Assembly (NCBI GenBank): GCA_043812655.1
Contig: JBDRLW010000044.1
Span: 1-64,000 of the forward strand
Direction: 5' to 3'
Source: a bacterium
Lineage (GTDB): Bacteria; Margulisbacteria; WOR-1; O2-12-FULL-45-9; XYB2-FULL-48-7
DNA length: 64,000 nt
Numbering within the stretch: position 1 is the stretch's first letter; each line of letters begins with the position of its first letter. The notes under the pieces were generated by a model, which saw only the letters and a list, made by a program, of their open reading frames with translations, was not told where the DNA came from and searched no databases. This document shows positions 20,824 through 29,897 of this stretch, one piece after another. The translations under genes and the position numbers were made by a program.

Positions 20824-20867
20824 GTAGGGCAACGGTTTACTTGTCCGCCAAAGGAGGATCCGTTGCC
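20824..20867. repeat. GTAG-type REP-like hairpin with nested TCCGCC hairpin
   Basis: gtag ggcaacgg ... tccgccaaaggagga ... ccgttgcc. Confidence 0.55.
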
Positions 20868-21043
20868 GGCAATATAATTATTTTCTTCTGGATATAAGCC
20901 TTTTCGGAGCGGGGATTTTCTAAAAAAAGGCCAAGATGAAGAATGAAGGATAAACATTTAAATGTTTTTTATGTCCCCACCCGTAATGCTTCCTGCCCCC
21001 CAGGGAAAAACTTAATAGAAAAAGCTAAATCAGCATATCGCGT

Positions 21044-21718
21044 CTATTTTGCAACTGATAAATGCTTAATAAGTTTTTTAAATATGGTCAATTGATCTTC
21101 TTTACTATTTTCCTTGTAAGGAAGTGGTCGATTATTATAATTTGATTTTATAAAGTGCTCACTTCTTCTTAATAGTTTTTGGCGTATTTGTGCCCCCCGT
21201 TTTGAGCCACCATGGGCAATATCACCAGCCTCAGCAATTGCTTCTAGTGTTGCACCTAGTATTTCCTTTGTCACTCGCTTTCTTACCATCTCATTAGTAG
21301 AAATAATCTTGTTTTCTTGAACCATACTATATAAACAATTATTTCTAATTTTAAACAGCTCTTCGGATTCAGCCATCCTCATCAATTCAACAATTGATTC
21401 ATGGCCTAGATATCTTTGTGCGTGAGTATTTGCATTTAGCAAGCCAAACACAGCGATTAGTTGCTTTTTAGGATGTTTTAATAAAATATGCCTTATTTCG
21501 CTTCCGGTAACATTTCTTGAAAGCACAATAAATAATAGTTTGCCAATTTCTTCTAATGCTGTTATACACAAAAAACATGCAATTAACCATTTCCTCTTAT
21601 ACCATAAGTCAATTGCTAGATCAGATAAGCTTATTGCATTTCTTAGTATTATCCGCAACTCACCTTTAGAATATTGATGGTTTGGTACATAAAATATTTT
21701 TCCCAGGTTATCTTTCAT
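21044..21718 (-). CDS. AbiV-family abortive infection protein
   Basis: ALEEIGK, HPKKQ and IRNNCLY motifs; markedly AT-rich compared with flanks. Confidence 0.75.
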   Translation of the reverse strand: MKDNLGKIFYVPNHQYSKGELRIILRNAISLSDLAIDLWYKRKWLIACFLCITALEEIGKLLFIVLSRNVTGSEIRHILLKHPKKQLIAVFGLLNANTHAQRYLGHESIVELMRMAESEELFKIRNNCLYSMVQENKIISTNEMVRKRVTKEILGATLEAIAEAGDIAHGGSKRGAQIRQKLLRRSEHFIKSNYNNRPLPYKENSKEDQLTIFKKLIKHLSVAK

Positions 21719-22013
21719 TTTAATTTAGAATAATATTACATTTCAATTATTATATTATAGCAATAAATAATAGAGTAAAAAAAGAAGAACCAAGGGAACG
21801 ATTGTCGAGCTCATGAATTTCTCTTTTCCCGCTCTTCTATTTAACTGCCTTGATTATATTAGCAAACATTTATCGTGTTAGCATTGAAATGCTTAAAATT
21901 GTTGGAGTATAATACTTCTGAATAGGATTAAAAGCGTTTCGTTCTTAGGCTTTACTTTATACATACCGAAGGCAAGTTTTGATAAATGATCAAAGAGGAA
22001 TAGAAGGAGGAAT

Positions 22014-22256
22014 ATGATTATGGCGAAATTTAAGTTCGGCGGTTCATTTGGAGATTTGGTTTTTTTGTCTGTTTGCATTTGTGCAGGCGGTTATTCGATG
22101 ACCAATATTATTAGAAGCGAGCCTTTGCCTAGCTTAATCTTGGGGTTCTTTATAGGTGCTTCAGTAGTATTTCTCAAGGATATTGCCTCATTGCTGTTCC
22201 TAATTAAAACGGATTTAATCGAAATCAAAAACCACATTGATAGCAAAAAAACATAA
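22014..22256 (+). CDS. Small two-TM hypothetical membrane protein
   Basis: Strong SD aaggagg, two hydrophobic segments. Confidence 0.6.
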   Translation: MIMAKFKFGGSFGDLVFLSVCICAGGYSMTNIIRSEPLPSLILGFFIGASVVFLKDIASLLFLIKTDLIEIKNHIDSKKT

Positions 22257-22473
22257 GGCAATCTTATAAGCTGAAGTTGGTACGAAAGATCAAGCTGAGG
22301 AAGAATGCCGGTACTTCAACAATATCTCACTAAATAGCCCCACTGGGAATCTGGTCCCGGTTTCCAGAAATGTTCTAGCCAATCTCTGATCGGGCCTAAA
22401 TTCCTTGTTATTAACAAAAAATAGCTCTATAATTCCACCCAGATCCCAAAAAGAGGATCAAGGGGGGTGAAGA

Positions 22474-22680
22474 ATGAAAGTTGTTAATCAAATTGCCTGC
22501 GCTCTAGTAGTTGTTGGTGCCCTTAACTGGGGACTCGTTGGCTTGATCGAGCTAAACCTCGTTACGACACTTTTTGGATCGATCCAGGGTCTTTCCCGGT
22601 TGATCTATGTTCTAGTCGGCCTGTCCGGTGCCCTCGTCGCGTACAATTGCCTAAAAAGCGGCTGCAGTTGCTGCAAATAG
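22474..22680 (+). CDS. DUF378 family membrane protein
   Basis: VGALNWGLVG..NLV..LFG, IYVLVGLS. Confidence 0.9.
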   Translation: MKVVNQIACALVVVGALNWGLVGLIELNLVTTLFGSIQGLSRLIYVLVGLSGALVAYNCLKSGCSCCK

Positions 22681-22700
22681 CCACGGTTTTTTTGTCTTAT

Positions 22701-22732
22701 AAGCGCGGTTAGTCGTTAACCGCGCTTTTTTT
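22701..22732 (+). terminator. Intrinsic terminator
   Basis: aagcgcggtta/taaccgcgctt stem followed by a T run. Confidence 0.8.
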
Positions 22733-22752
22733 ATGCTAGTATATATTAACCG

Positions 22753-23682
22753 ATGAAAACCATAAGATATGAAATAACCAGTGAGCAAAGAGGCGCCAGG
22801 CTTGACCAATTCCTCACCGCCAAAGAAGAGCTGGGACTGTCTCGCTCGCAAATCAAGCTCTTGATCGAGGCCGGGAATATTACCGTTAATGGCAACGCCA
22901 CTAAAACCGGCCATAAGTTAAAAGAAAACGATCTTGTTTCACTCATCCTGCCCGAAAGCAAACCACTTTCCGTCCAGCCAGAAAAGATCCCGCTAAAAAT
23001 AGTTTATGAAGATGACGATATTATTGTGGTGAATAAACCCAAAGGGATGGTCACCCACCCGGCACCGGGAAATTATAGCGGGACGCTGGTCAACGCTCTA
23101 TTGGCTCATACTAAATTAGCAAATTTAGGAGCACCGCTACGTCCCGGGATCGTCCACCGCCTCGACAAAGATACTTCCGGTTTGATCGTTGCCGCTAAAA
23201 ATGACGCCGCTTATTTATCACTAGCTAAGCAGATCAAAGACCGGACGGTTGAGAAGACTTACTTAGCCTTAGTCCACGGAATAATGAAAGAAGACGATGG
23301 AATTATTGAAGCCAATATTGGACGCCACCCGGTTAATCGCAAAAAAATGACCGCTATTAAACTTCAAACTTCAAACTTCAAACTTCAAACTAAATCCCGA
23401 ACCGCTCATACATCCTATAAAGTCCTCAAACGCTTCGACAATTATTCCCTCCTCGAAGTTAAGATCAAAACCGGGCGGACACATCAAATTCGCGTCCATA
23501 TGAGCCATATCGGGCATCCGCTCGTCGGCGACGCGACTTATGGCAAAAAGAACGATCCCTTTAAAAATCAGGGGCAATTTTTACACGCTTATAAATTGGC
23601 TTTTACCCATCCTAAAACTGGAGAAAGGCTTGAGCTTCAGACAGACCCGCCAGCAGAATTGATCAACCCGATCAGCTTATAA
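22753..23682 (+). CDS. rluD: RluA-family 23S rRNA pseudouridine synthase
   Basis: S4 domain, NKPKG..HP, HRLDKDTSG, TGRTHQIRVH. Confidence 0.93.
   Translation: MKTIRYEITSEQRGARLDQFLTAKEELGLSRSQIKLLIEAGNITVNGNATKTGHKLKENDLVSLILPESKPLSVQPEKIPLKIVYEDDDIIVVNKPKGMVTHPAPGNYSGTLVNALLAHTKLANLGAPLRPGIVHRLDKDTSGLIVAAKNDAAYLSLAKQIKDRTVEKTYLALVHGIMKEDDGIIEANIGRHPVNRKKMTAIKLQTSNFKLQTKSRTAHTSYKVLKRFDNYSLLEVKIKTGRTHQIRVHMSHIGHPLVGDATYGKKNDPFKNQGQFLHAYKLAFTHPKTGERLELQTDPPAELINPISL
23359..23391 (+). repeat. Perfect heptamer tandem (AAACTTC)x4 in rluD
   Basis: aaacttc x4 plus aaact. Confidence 0.92.
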
Positions 23683-24467
23683 ACCAATTTCGCCACTGTA
23701 AAATCCGAGTTAACATCATTTAAGCGGGGAGATAGTTCAACTACATCAAAGCCAACCACGTTCCTCTCCCGGCAAACGCCGCGCAGGATATTTATCACTT
23801 CATACCAATTCAAGCCCCCCGGCTCCGGTGTCCCGGTCGCGGGGATGATCGAGGGATCAAAGACGTCAACATCGATCGTAATATAAACATCTTGCGTCAG
23901 TTGATGGAGAATATCAGCGACCTTCAGGTTGGGAGCAAAATGGATGTTTTCTACCTGCCGATTGTCCCGCGCCCATTCCCATTCTTGAACAGAGATGCTC
24001 CTGATCCCGGCTTGCACGGCCGGACAGACCTCCAAGACCCGCCTCATGACACAAGCATGACTATTTTTTGATCCGCGGTACTTGTCGCGCAAGTCGGCAT
24101 GGGCATCAAGCTGTAAGACCGATAAATAAGGATGTCTTTCTTTGACCCCTTTAACCGCTTCGACCGTTAAGGAATGCTCCCCGCCTAAAATCACCGGGAC
24201 CTTGCCTACTAAAACTGTTCTTTTAACTTCGGCCCTTAAATTGCGATAGCGGCAATCTTTTTTTGTAAAGATCCCCGCCTGGCGATATGGCTCATCGAGA
24301 AACTCAATATCGAATGTCTCGACTTGCTGCGACGCCTTGAGAATGGCGGCCGGGCCATGCTGGGTCCCTTTGCCATAAGTAGTGGTCGCTTCGTGCGAGC
24401 AGGGAATAACAACATACTTGGCTTTTTCATAATTGTAATATTCCCGTTCTATCTCTAAAAACTTCAT
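23637..24467 (-). CDS. speB: Agmatinase
   Basis: GGEHS, DAHADLRD, DVDVFDPS..P.TGTPEPGG; ATG 24467 overlaps the upstream stop (ATGA). Confidence 0.93.
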   Translation of the reverse strand: MKFLEIEREYYNYEKAKYVVIPCSHEATTTYGKGTQHGPAAILKASQQVETFDIEFLDEPYRQAGIFTKKDCRYRNLRAEVKRTVLVGKVPVILGGEHSLTVEAVKGVKERHPYLSVLQLDAHADLRDKYRGSKNSHACVMRRVLEVCPAVQAGIRSISVQEWEWARDNRQVENIHFAPNLKVADILHQLTQDVYITIDVDVFDPSIIPATGTPEPGGLNWYEVINILRGVCRERNVVGFDVVELSPRLNDVNSDFTVAKLVYKLIGLINSAGGSV

Positions 24468-25498
24468 CGGTAATTCACCTTTAAACCGTCGTCCGACCAA
24501 GCAAACTCCGGTTTTTTTCTTTTCTTGGCGAGATCTTCTACTTCGCACAACCCTTGCGCCAAAATAGGGAGGGCGATAGTCACGTCGCAAAAACATTGGA
24601 CCATTTTCGCCTGCGCCGCGACCTTCCCCCAGCTTTGCGCTTCGGTAAACGTACAGCCGGAAAGCCCGCCAAAATGCGGATTATCGGTCGTGATCTGGAT
24701 AGCGTATTCATGGCCAGGGGCTTTTTTCCCCAGGATCGCGCTGATCAGCGGAGTTTGCTGGATAAAGTTTTTGGGAATGCCCCCGCCCAAATAGATCACG
24801 CCAGACCTTACCGCTTGTTCAGCGATCAAAGCGGTTTCATCGGTATCTTTCATTTGATCAACATAACGAAAGGCTTTCTCCCGCCGGGCCATCACAAAAG
24901 AATAACCGATCGAACTGTCGCACAGGGCCGGGGCAAAGACCGGCACGCCGGCTTTGGCCGCCTGGATCAGGATAGAGTCGCTGTTCACCGCTTTTTTCGC
25001 TAAATGACGGCCAAGCAGATATAAATATTCCCTCGAAGAATATTGATAACCTGGCGATAAGGTTTTGGTAAAAGCTTGGATCATCTGGTCGACCTGCCGC
25101 TGAAGCTTTTCTTCGACCAAAACATCATAAAACCGGTCGATCCCTTCCTTAAACAAGGCCTTATCATCGAGTAGTGGTGAGCCGCGGTAGTGGGTCACAC
25201 CCAGCGCTTCGGCCGCGTCGTGAAAAACCTGGGCGCCCGAAGAAACAATAACGTCAACAAACCGTTTTTCAATTAAATAAGCAATGATCCGCCGCATCCC
25301 CGCCGGAACTATCGCTCCGGTGACCCCCAGCCAGATCGTCAGCTTCTTTTCCCCCAGCATCTGCCGCCAAATTGCAAAGGCCTCGGCCAAAGACTTGCCT
25401 TGAAAACCGGTCGCCAGCATCTCTGCCAATATTTGGTCGGCTTTCTTTCCTTTTTTCACCCTGAAAGGGATGGTCGGATATTTTAAATATTTGGACAT
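24464..25498 (-). CDS. Deoxyhypusine synthase-like protein (probable homospermidine synthase)
   Basis: GGGIPKNF, YAIQIT, GGLSG....EAQSWGK with active-site Lys, D.TIALP. Confidence 0.9.
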   Translation of the reverse strand: MSKYLKYPTIPFRVKKGKKADQILAEMLATGFQGKSLAEAFAIWRQMLGEKKLTIWLGVTGAIVPAGMRRIIAYLIEKRFVDVIVSSGAQVFHDAAEALGVTHYRGSPLLDDKALFKEGIDRFYDVLVEEKLQRQVDQMIQAFTKTLSPGYQYSSREYLYLLGRHLAKKAVNSDSILIQAAKAGVPVFAPALCDSSIGYSFVMARREKAFRYVDQMKDTDETALIAEQAVRSGVIYLGGGIPKNFIQQTPLISAILGKKAPGHEYAIQITTDNPHFGGLSGCTFTEAQSWGKVAAQAKMVQCFCDVTIALPILAQGLCEVEDLAKKRKKPEFAWSDDGLKVNYR

Positions 25499-25500
25499 GA

Positions 25501-25887
25501 TTAGTGAATAATGCGGGAACTAAAAGAATCGAGGCTTTCTTTCCGGCTTTGGGTTATAACTTCGTGCTTTTTGGCTTCAAATAAACGGATCAATTCTTGC
25601 TTGGCGGCTTCCGGATCGAACTCTTGGCGGGAAAAAATACTGACAAAGGCCTGTCCCTTATCGGGAAAAGTATGGATCGAAATGTGAGATTCATTGACCA
25701 TTATAACGCCAGAAACCCCGTCGTTCTCGATCCCTTCGCCAGAATAAGAAAAGACCTTCGGTTCAGCCTTGCTGTCCATGCCCAGCTTTGCCGGCATCTT
25801 ATCAAGCGCTGTAAAAACGGTCGCCATATCGGCTAATTTCTCTTTCGGGCAGCCAAAGCAATCTAGGATCAATTGCGAGTTGTTCAC
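25501..25887 (-). CDS. speD: SpeD-family pyruvoyl-dependent decarboxylase proenzyme (substrate uncertain)
   Basis: GVSG...ESHISIHTFP self-cleavage site. Confidence 0.8.
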   Translation of the reverse strand: MNNSQLILDCFGCPKEKLADMATVFTALDKMPAKLGMDSKAEPKVFSYSGEGIENDGVSGVIMVNESHISIHTFPDKGQAFVSIFSRQEFDPEAAKQELIRLFEAKKHEVITQSRKESLDSFSSRIIH

Positions 25888-25970
25888 AAGGGTTATTTTA
25901 CCTTATCTTCATGGAACTTATCAAGCCATGGTTTGACCTCTCGTCTATTTCGTGTTAAAATTCATTTATT

Positions 25971-27398
25971 ATGGCTGAAGAATTCAAAGGGACCACATTT
26001 GACACCGGTAAAGGGAACGCGGAATTCTCGGAAGTTGAAGAACTGATCCGCCAAACCCTTGAAGAGAGCAAAAAACTGGAAAAGCCGGTAGAAAGCTCTC
26101 CTGCCGCGGCGGCCGATGCCAAAAAAGAAGAATATAAGGCCACTACTTTAAACGCGCCAATTAAACCGCCAGCGCCACCAGCTTCCAAAGAAGCGGCCAA
26201 ACCAAGTACTCCCGCTTCATCATACGACGCGACCTTTAAAGAATATAAGGTTGGCGATATTGTTAAAGCCAAGGTCTTAAAGATCGACCAATCCGGCATT
26301 TTAGCCGATATCAAATATAAAGCCGATGGACTGATCTTGCCCGAAGAGCTCTCCGAAAAAGCCTTTGGCGCGCCAGAAGAAGTTGTCAAGGTGGGCGATA
26401 TTATCGACGTTTTGATCGAGAACCTGGAGAACAAAGAAGGCTATGTCGTCCTCTCCAAGAAAAAAGCCGATTACGAAAAAAAATGGAAGCTGGCCGGCGA
26501 CGCTTATCGCCATAAGACCTTGCTCGAAGGCAAAGTTATCCAAGCTCTCCGCGGCGGGTTAGTTATTGAATGCCAGGGGATCCGCGGCTTTATCCCCGCC
26601 TCCCAGGTCAGTAAAAAACCGGAAGAGACGCTCGAATCTTTCGTCGGCAAAATCATCCCGGTCAAGGTCATTGAAGTTAATTCCCGCCAAGGGAAGATCG
26701 TCCTCTCCCACAAGATCGCTTCGGGCGATAAAGAAAAGTTTGACAACCAAAAGCTCTTTAATGAACTGGAAGTCGGCCAGGTCCGCAAAGGGAAAGTCGT
26801 CAGCATCAAGAATTTTGGCGCTTTTGTCGACCTGGGCGGCGTCGAAGGCCTTATCCATCTCTCCGAATTATCGTGGAAAAGGGTAAAACACCCGACCGAA
26901 GTGGTGAAAATGGGAGAAGAGCTCGAAGTTTTTGTTCTAGGCGTTGATAAGATCAATCGGAAGGTCGCCTTAGGCCTTAAAGAATTACAACCAGACCCCT
27001 GGGCTAACGCGGCCGACATTTACAAAGCCGGTCAGATCGTTAAAGCTAAAGTCCTTCGTTTCGCCAAGTTTGGCGCTTTTGCCGAGCTGGAACATGGGCT
27101 TGAAGGCTTGATCCATCTCTCCGAAATTTCTAAAGAACATATTAGCGCTCCTGGCGAAGCGATCAAGATCGGGGAAACTTATGATGTTAAGATCCTGCGC
27201 GTCCTGCCAGAAGAACAAAGGATCGGCCTTTCCATTAAACAAGTGATCATCGACCATGAAAAACAAGCTTTGCGCGAAGTCGCCGCCCAGGCCGAAGATA
27301 AAAAAGTAACGATCGGCGACATGATCGCCGAAAAAGAACGGGCCAAAGCGGAACAAGAAGAAGAACCCGAAGAAGAGGCGCCTGAAGAGATAGCATGA
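25971..27398 (+). CDS. rpsA: 30S ribosomal protein S1
   Basis: Four S1 repeats (GFIPASQ, FGAFVDLGGVEGLIHLSELSW, FGAFAEL..GLEGLIH). Confidence 0.93.
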   Translation: MAEEFKGTTFDTGKGNAEFSEVEELIRQTLEESKKLEKPVESSPAAAADAKKEEYKATTLNAPIKPPAPPASKEAAKPSTPASSYDATFKEYKVGDIVKAKVLKIDQSGILADIKYKADGLILPEELSEKAFGAPEEVVKVGDIIDVLIENLENKEGYVVLSKKKADYEKKWKLAGDAYRHKTLLEGKVIQALRGGLVIECQGIRGFIPASQVSKKPEETLESFVGKIIPVKVIEVNSRQGKIVLSHKIASGDKEKFDNQKLFNELEVGQVRKGKVVSIKNFGAFVDLGGVEGLIHLSELSWKRVKHPTEVVKMGEELEVFVLGVDKINRKVALGLKELQPDPWANAADIYKAGQIVKAKVLRFAKFGAFAELEHGLEGLIHLSEISKEHISAPGEAIKIGETYDVKILRVLPEEQRIGLSIKQVIIDHEKQALREVAAQAEDKKVTIGDMIAEKERAKAEQEEEPEEEAPEEIA

Positions 27399-28168
27399 AA
27401 TTTGAGGGTCGGCTAGACAAAGCGATCGCTAAAAATAAAAGCTTACTCTGCGTTGGTCTCGATGTCGACTTAACCCGCGTCCCCCACAAATACCTGGATT
27501 CCGAAGACCCGATCTTCCTTTTTAACCGTGACATTATCGACTCCACCTGCGAATTTGTCTGCGCCTATAAACCCAACAGCGCTTTTTATGAAATGTACGG
27601 CCTTTACGGCCTAAGCGCGATGGTTAAAACTATTAATTATATCCACGAGCAAGGGGTCCCGGTGATCCTTGATGCCAAGCGTGGTGATGTTGGCCATTCT
27701 TCCGCGGCTTACGCGAAAAGCCTCTTTGTCGCGTTCAAAGCCGATGCCACGACGGTTAACCCCTATATGGGCTACGATTCGATCAAGCCATTTTTGGATT
27801 ATCACGATAAAGGAACCTTTATACTCTGCTTAACTTCGAACGCCGGCGCCAAGAATTTTCAGATGAAAGGGGCCGAAGAACCATTATATAAATCTGTTGC
27901 CCGCCAGGTGAAAGCTTGGGACCATTATAATAATTGCGGCCTGGTCGTCGGCGCCACTAAAGCGGAAGAACTGCAAGAGGTCCACGAGATCGTCGGCAAC
28001 ATCCCCATTCTTATCCCGGGAGTCGGCGCTCAAGGCGGCGATCTAAAGTCATCGGTTAAATTCGGCGGCAAACGGGCGATCATCAACGCATCCCGCAGTA
28101 TCCTCTACGCCAAATCCCCGCGGACTGAAGCAAAGAAGCTTCGTGACAAGATCAATAAATGGCGGTAG
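27395..28168 (+). CDS. pyrF: Orotidine-5'-phosphate decarboxylase
   Basis: LCVGLD, YKPN.AFYE, DAKRGD, GLVVGAT, PGVGAQGG. Confidence 0.95.
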   Translation: MKFEGRLDKAIAKNKSLLCVGLDVDLTRVPHKYLDSEDPIFLFNRDIIDSTCEFVCAYKPNSAFYEMYGLYGLSAMVKTINYIHEQGVPVILDAKRGDVGHSSAAYAKSLFVAFKADATTVNPYMGYDSIKPFLDYHDKGTFILCLTSNAGAKNFQMKGAEEPLYKSVARQVKAWDHYNNCGLVVGATKAEELQEVHEIVGNIPILIPGVGAQGGDLKSSVKFGGKRAIINASRSILYAKSPRTEAKKLRDKINKWR

Positions 28169-28494
28169 AGGTTGTCGATAACCAATTTCCCAATCGCGAT
28201 TACACGGTCAACATCGAATTCCCGGAATTCACCTGCGTCTGCCCCAAAACCGGCCTCCCCGACTTTGCCAATATCAAGATCGAATATATACCCGATAAAA
28301 AGATAGTGGAGTTAAAGTCACTAAAATTATATTTTGTCTCTTATCGTAATGTCGGCACTTTTCATGAACACGTCATCAATAAAATGTTGGACGACTTAGT
28401 TGCCGCCTGTAAACCTCGGAAGATGAAAATAGTGGGCGAGTTTGGCGTCCGGGGCGGGATCAAGACGACGGTTACGGCGGAATATTCTCAGTAG
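28159..28494 (+). CDS. queF: PreQ0 reductase, short unimodular type
   Basis: PEFTCVCPKTGLPDFA, ELKSLKLY, FHE, RGGI. Confidence 0.95.
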   Translation: MAVEVVDNQFPNRDYTVNIEFPEFTCVCPKTGLPDFANIKIEYIPDKKIVELKSLKLYFVSYRNVGTFHEHVINKMLDDLVAACKPRKMKIVGEFGVRGGIKTTVTAEYSQ

Positions 28495-29018
28495 GTGCTA
28501 TCAGCGGCTTGCAGTATCTTCAGCTCCGGCGGGTCTTGCGGCCCAAATGGTTCAATCCTGGGATCGTGCTTGGTAATGATACTTAAATATTCTCCGGAAA
28601 CACCGATTTTCGCTAACATTTCCGCCCCGATCTGGCCGTGATGCTTATGAACATAAAATCTTTTTAACCAGGGGTTATTTTTTCCCTGCTCAGCTAACCA
28701 ATCATAGAAAGAGGGGAGAAAAAAACGGATAATGACCATGATCGACTTGGTAAAAATAGAATTATTTTCCGCTAATTTCCCAATATCGTGTAGCAGTCCT
28801 AACTTTGCCAGTTTCCGCTCATCAAAACCAACTCCGCTGACCATCATCTTCCTGGCCACTACTACCGCGTGTTTCTTTTCAAAGTTTGGCAGCTGGTTAA
28901 ACAAATTAAGCTCCGCGCTATTTAAATAGTTTTCGGTAAATATTTTATCTTCTTGCCCATATTTCGCTGTCATCCCGAAATAAAATTGTTTGAGGCGGTA
29001 GAGAAGGAGTGAAATCAT
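28488..29018 (-). CDS. HD-domain protein
   Basis: H...V, LLHDIGK, H..IGAE, ADS. Confidence 0.8.
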   Translation of the reverse strand: MISLLLYRLKQFYFGMTAKYGQEDKIFTENYLNSAELNLFNQLPNFEKKHAVVVARKMMVSGVGFDERKLAKLGLLHDIGKLAENNSIFTKSIMVIIRFFLPSFYDWLAEQGKNNPWLKRFYVHKHHGQIGAEMLAKIGVSGEYLSIITKHDPRIEPFGPQDPPELKILQAADSTY

Positions 29019-29020
29019 CA

Positions 29021-29142
29021 GCCCTCACCCCTGGCCCCTCTCCCAAAGGGAGAGGGGTAGTTTTTACTTTTTTGATCAGAAGAAACCCACCCTCTCCCCC
29101 TGGGAGAGGGTCGATCCGACGTAGTCGGATCGGGGTGAGGGT
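29021..29142. repeat. Complete REPIN-like composite element (two inverted REP units)
   Basis: ccctcacccc...ggggtgaggg terminal IR, two ccctctccc/gggagaggg hairpins, nested gatccgacgtagtcggatc. Confidence 0.9.
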
Positions 29143-29147
29143 AAAAG

Positions 29148-29897
29148 CTAAATCCCATCAATCGCTTTGCGCATGGCAGTAACGAGTTTCAAGGCGGCGG
29201 CAGTTTTTTTCTTGGCAATAAGGTCAACCAGCGCGGAACCGACGATCACGCCATCAGCCAGCTTGGCCGCGGCGGCCGCTTGAGCGGGAGTGGAAATCCC
29301 AAACCCGATCGCGATCGGTAAATTAGTATACTTCCTGATCTTGGCCACCAGTTCGCCAAGGTCAGCAGGTAAATCTTTTCTCTTTCCGGTTATCCCAGTA
29401 ACTGATATTAGGTAAATAAAGCCGAGGGCTTTCCCCACTCTCTCTTTGATCCGCTCTTCGCCACTCGTCGGCGAAACAAAGGCTATTTGTTCAACTTGAC
29501 CCTTAACCTCTGACCCTTGACCCTCCTCCCCAGACAAATCAGGGACAACTACGCCATTTACTTTATATTTCGCGCAATCGGCGTAAAACTTTTCTTCCCC
29601 ATATTTCACGATCAAATTGTATGAGAGCATAAAACAAATTGGAACATTAGTTTTCTTCCTGACTTTACCGACTAATTTAAAGGCCTCGGTTAATGATGTA
29701 TTTTTCTTAAGAGCTCGTTGGTGGGAGGCCTGAATGATCGGTCCATCGGCCAGTGGATCAGAAAATGGGATTCCCAGCTCAATAATATCCGCTCCAGCCT
29801 TTTCCAATTGATAAATTAACTTCTCCGTTGTCGCCAAGTTCGGATCCCCAACGGTTATGTAGGTGATCAGCGCTTTTCTCTTATTAAATCCTTCCAC
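29148..29897 (-). CDS. trpA: Tryptophan synthase alpha chain
   Basis: [38 protein letters not shown] 29897 with GGAGG SD. Confidence 0.96.
   Translation of the reverse strand: MEGFNKRKALITYITVGDPNLATTEKLIYQLEKAGADIIELGIPFSDPLADGPIIQASHQRALKKNTSLTEAFKLVGKVRKKTNVPICFMLSYNLIVKYGEEKFYADCAKYKVNGVVVPDLSGEEGQGSEVKGQVEQIAFVSPTSGEERIKERVGKALGFIYLISVTGITGKRKDLPADLGELVAKIRKYTNLPIAIGFGISTPAQAAAAAKLADGVIVGSALVDLIAKKKTAAALKLVTAMRKAIDGI
29496..29523 (-). repeat. Heptamer tract (GGGTCAA) in trpA
   Basis: Plus strand ttgaccc ttaacct ctgaccc ttgaccc. Confidence 0.75.

Noticed and set aside
22257..22400. Possible pseudogene fragment or ncRNA after the two-TM orphan
   Set aside because: A short open frame without a start or recognisable motif, and no convincing structure.
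24464..25498. Bacterial hypusination of EF-P by the DHS-like protein
   Set aside because: The EF-P in this window has no Lys at the loop tip, and the gene sits in a polyamine operon.
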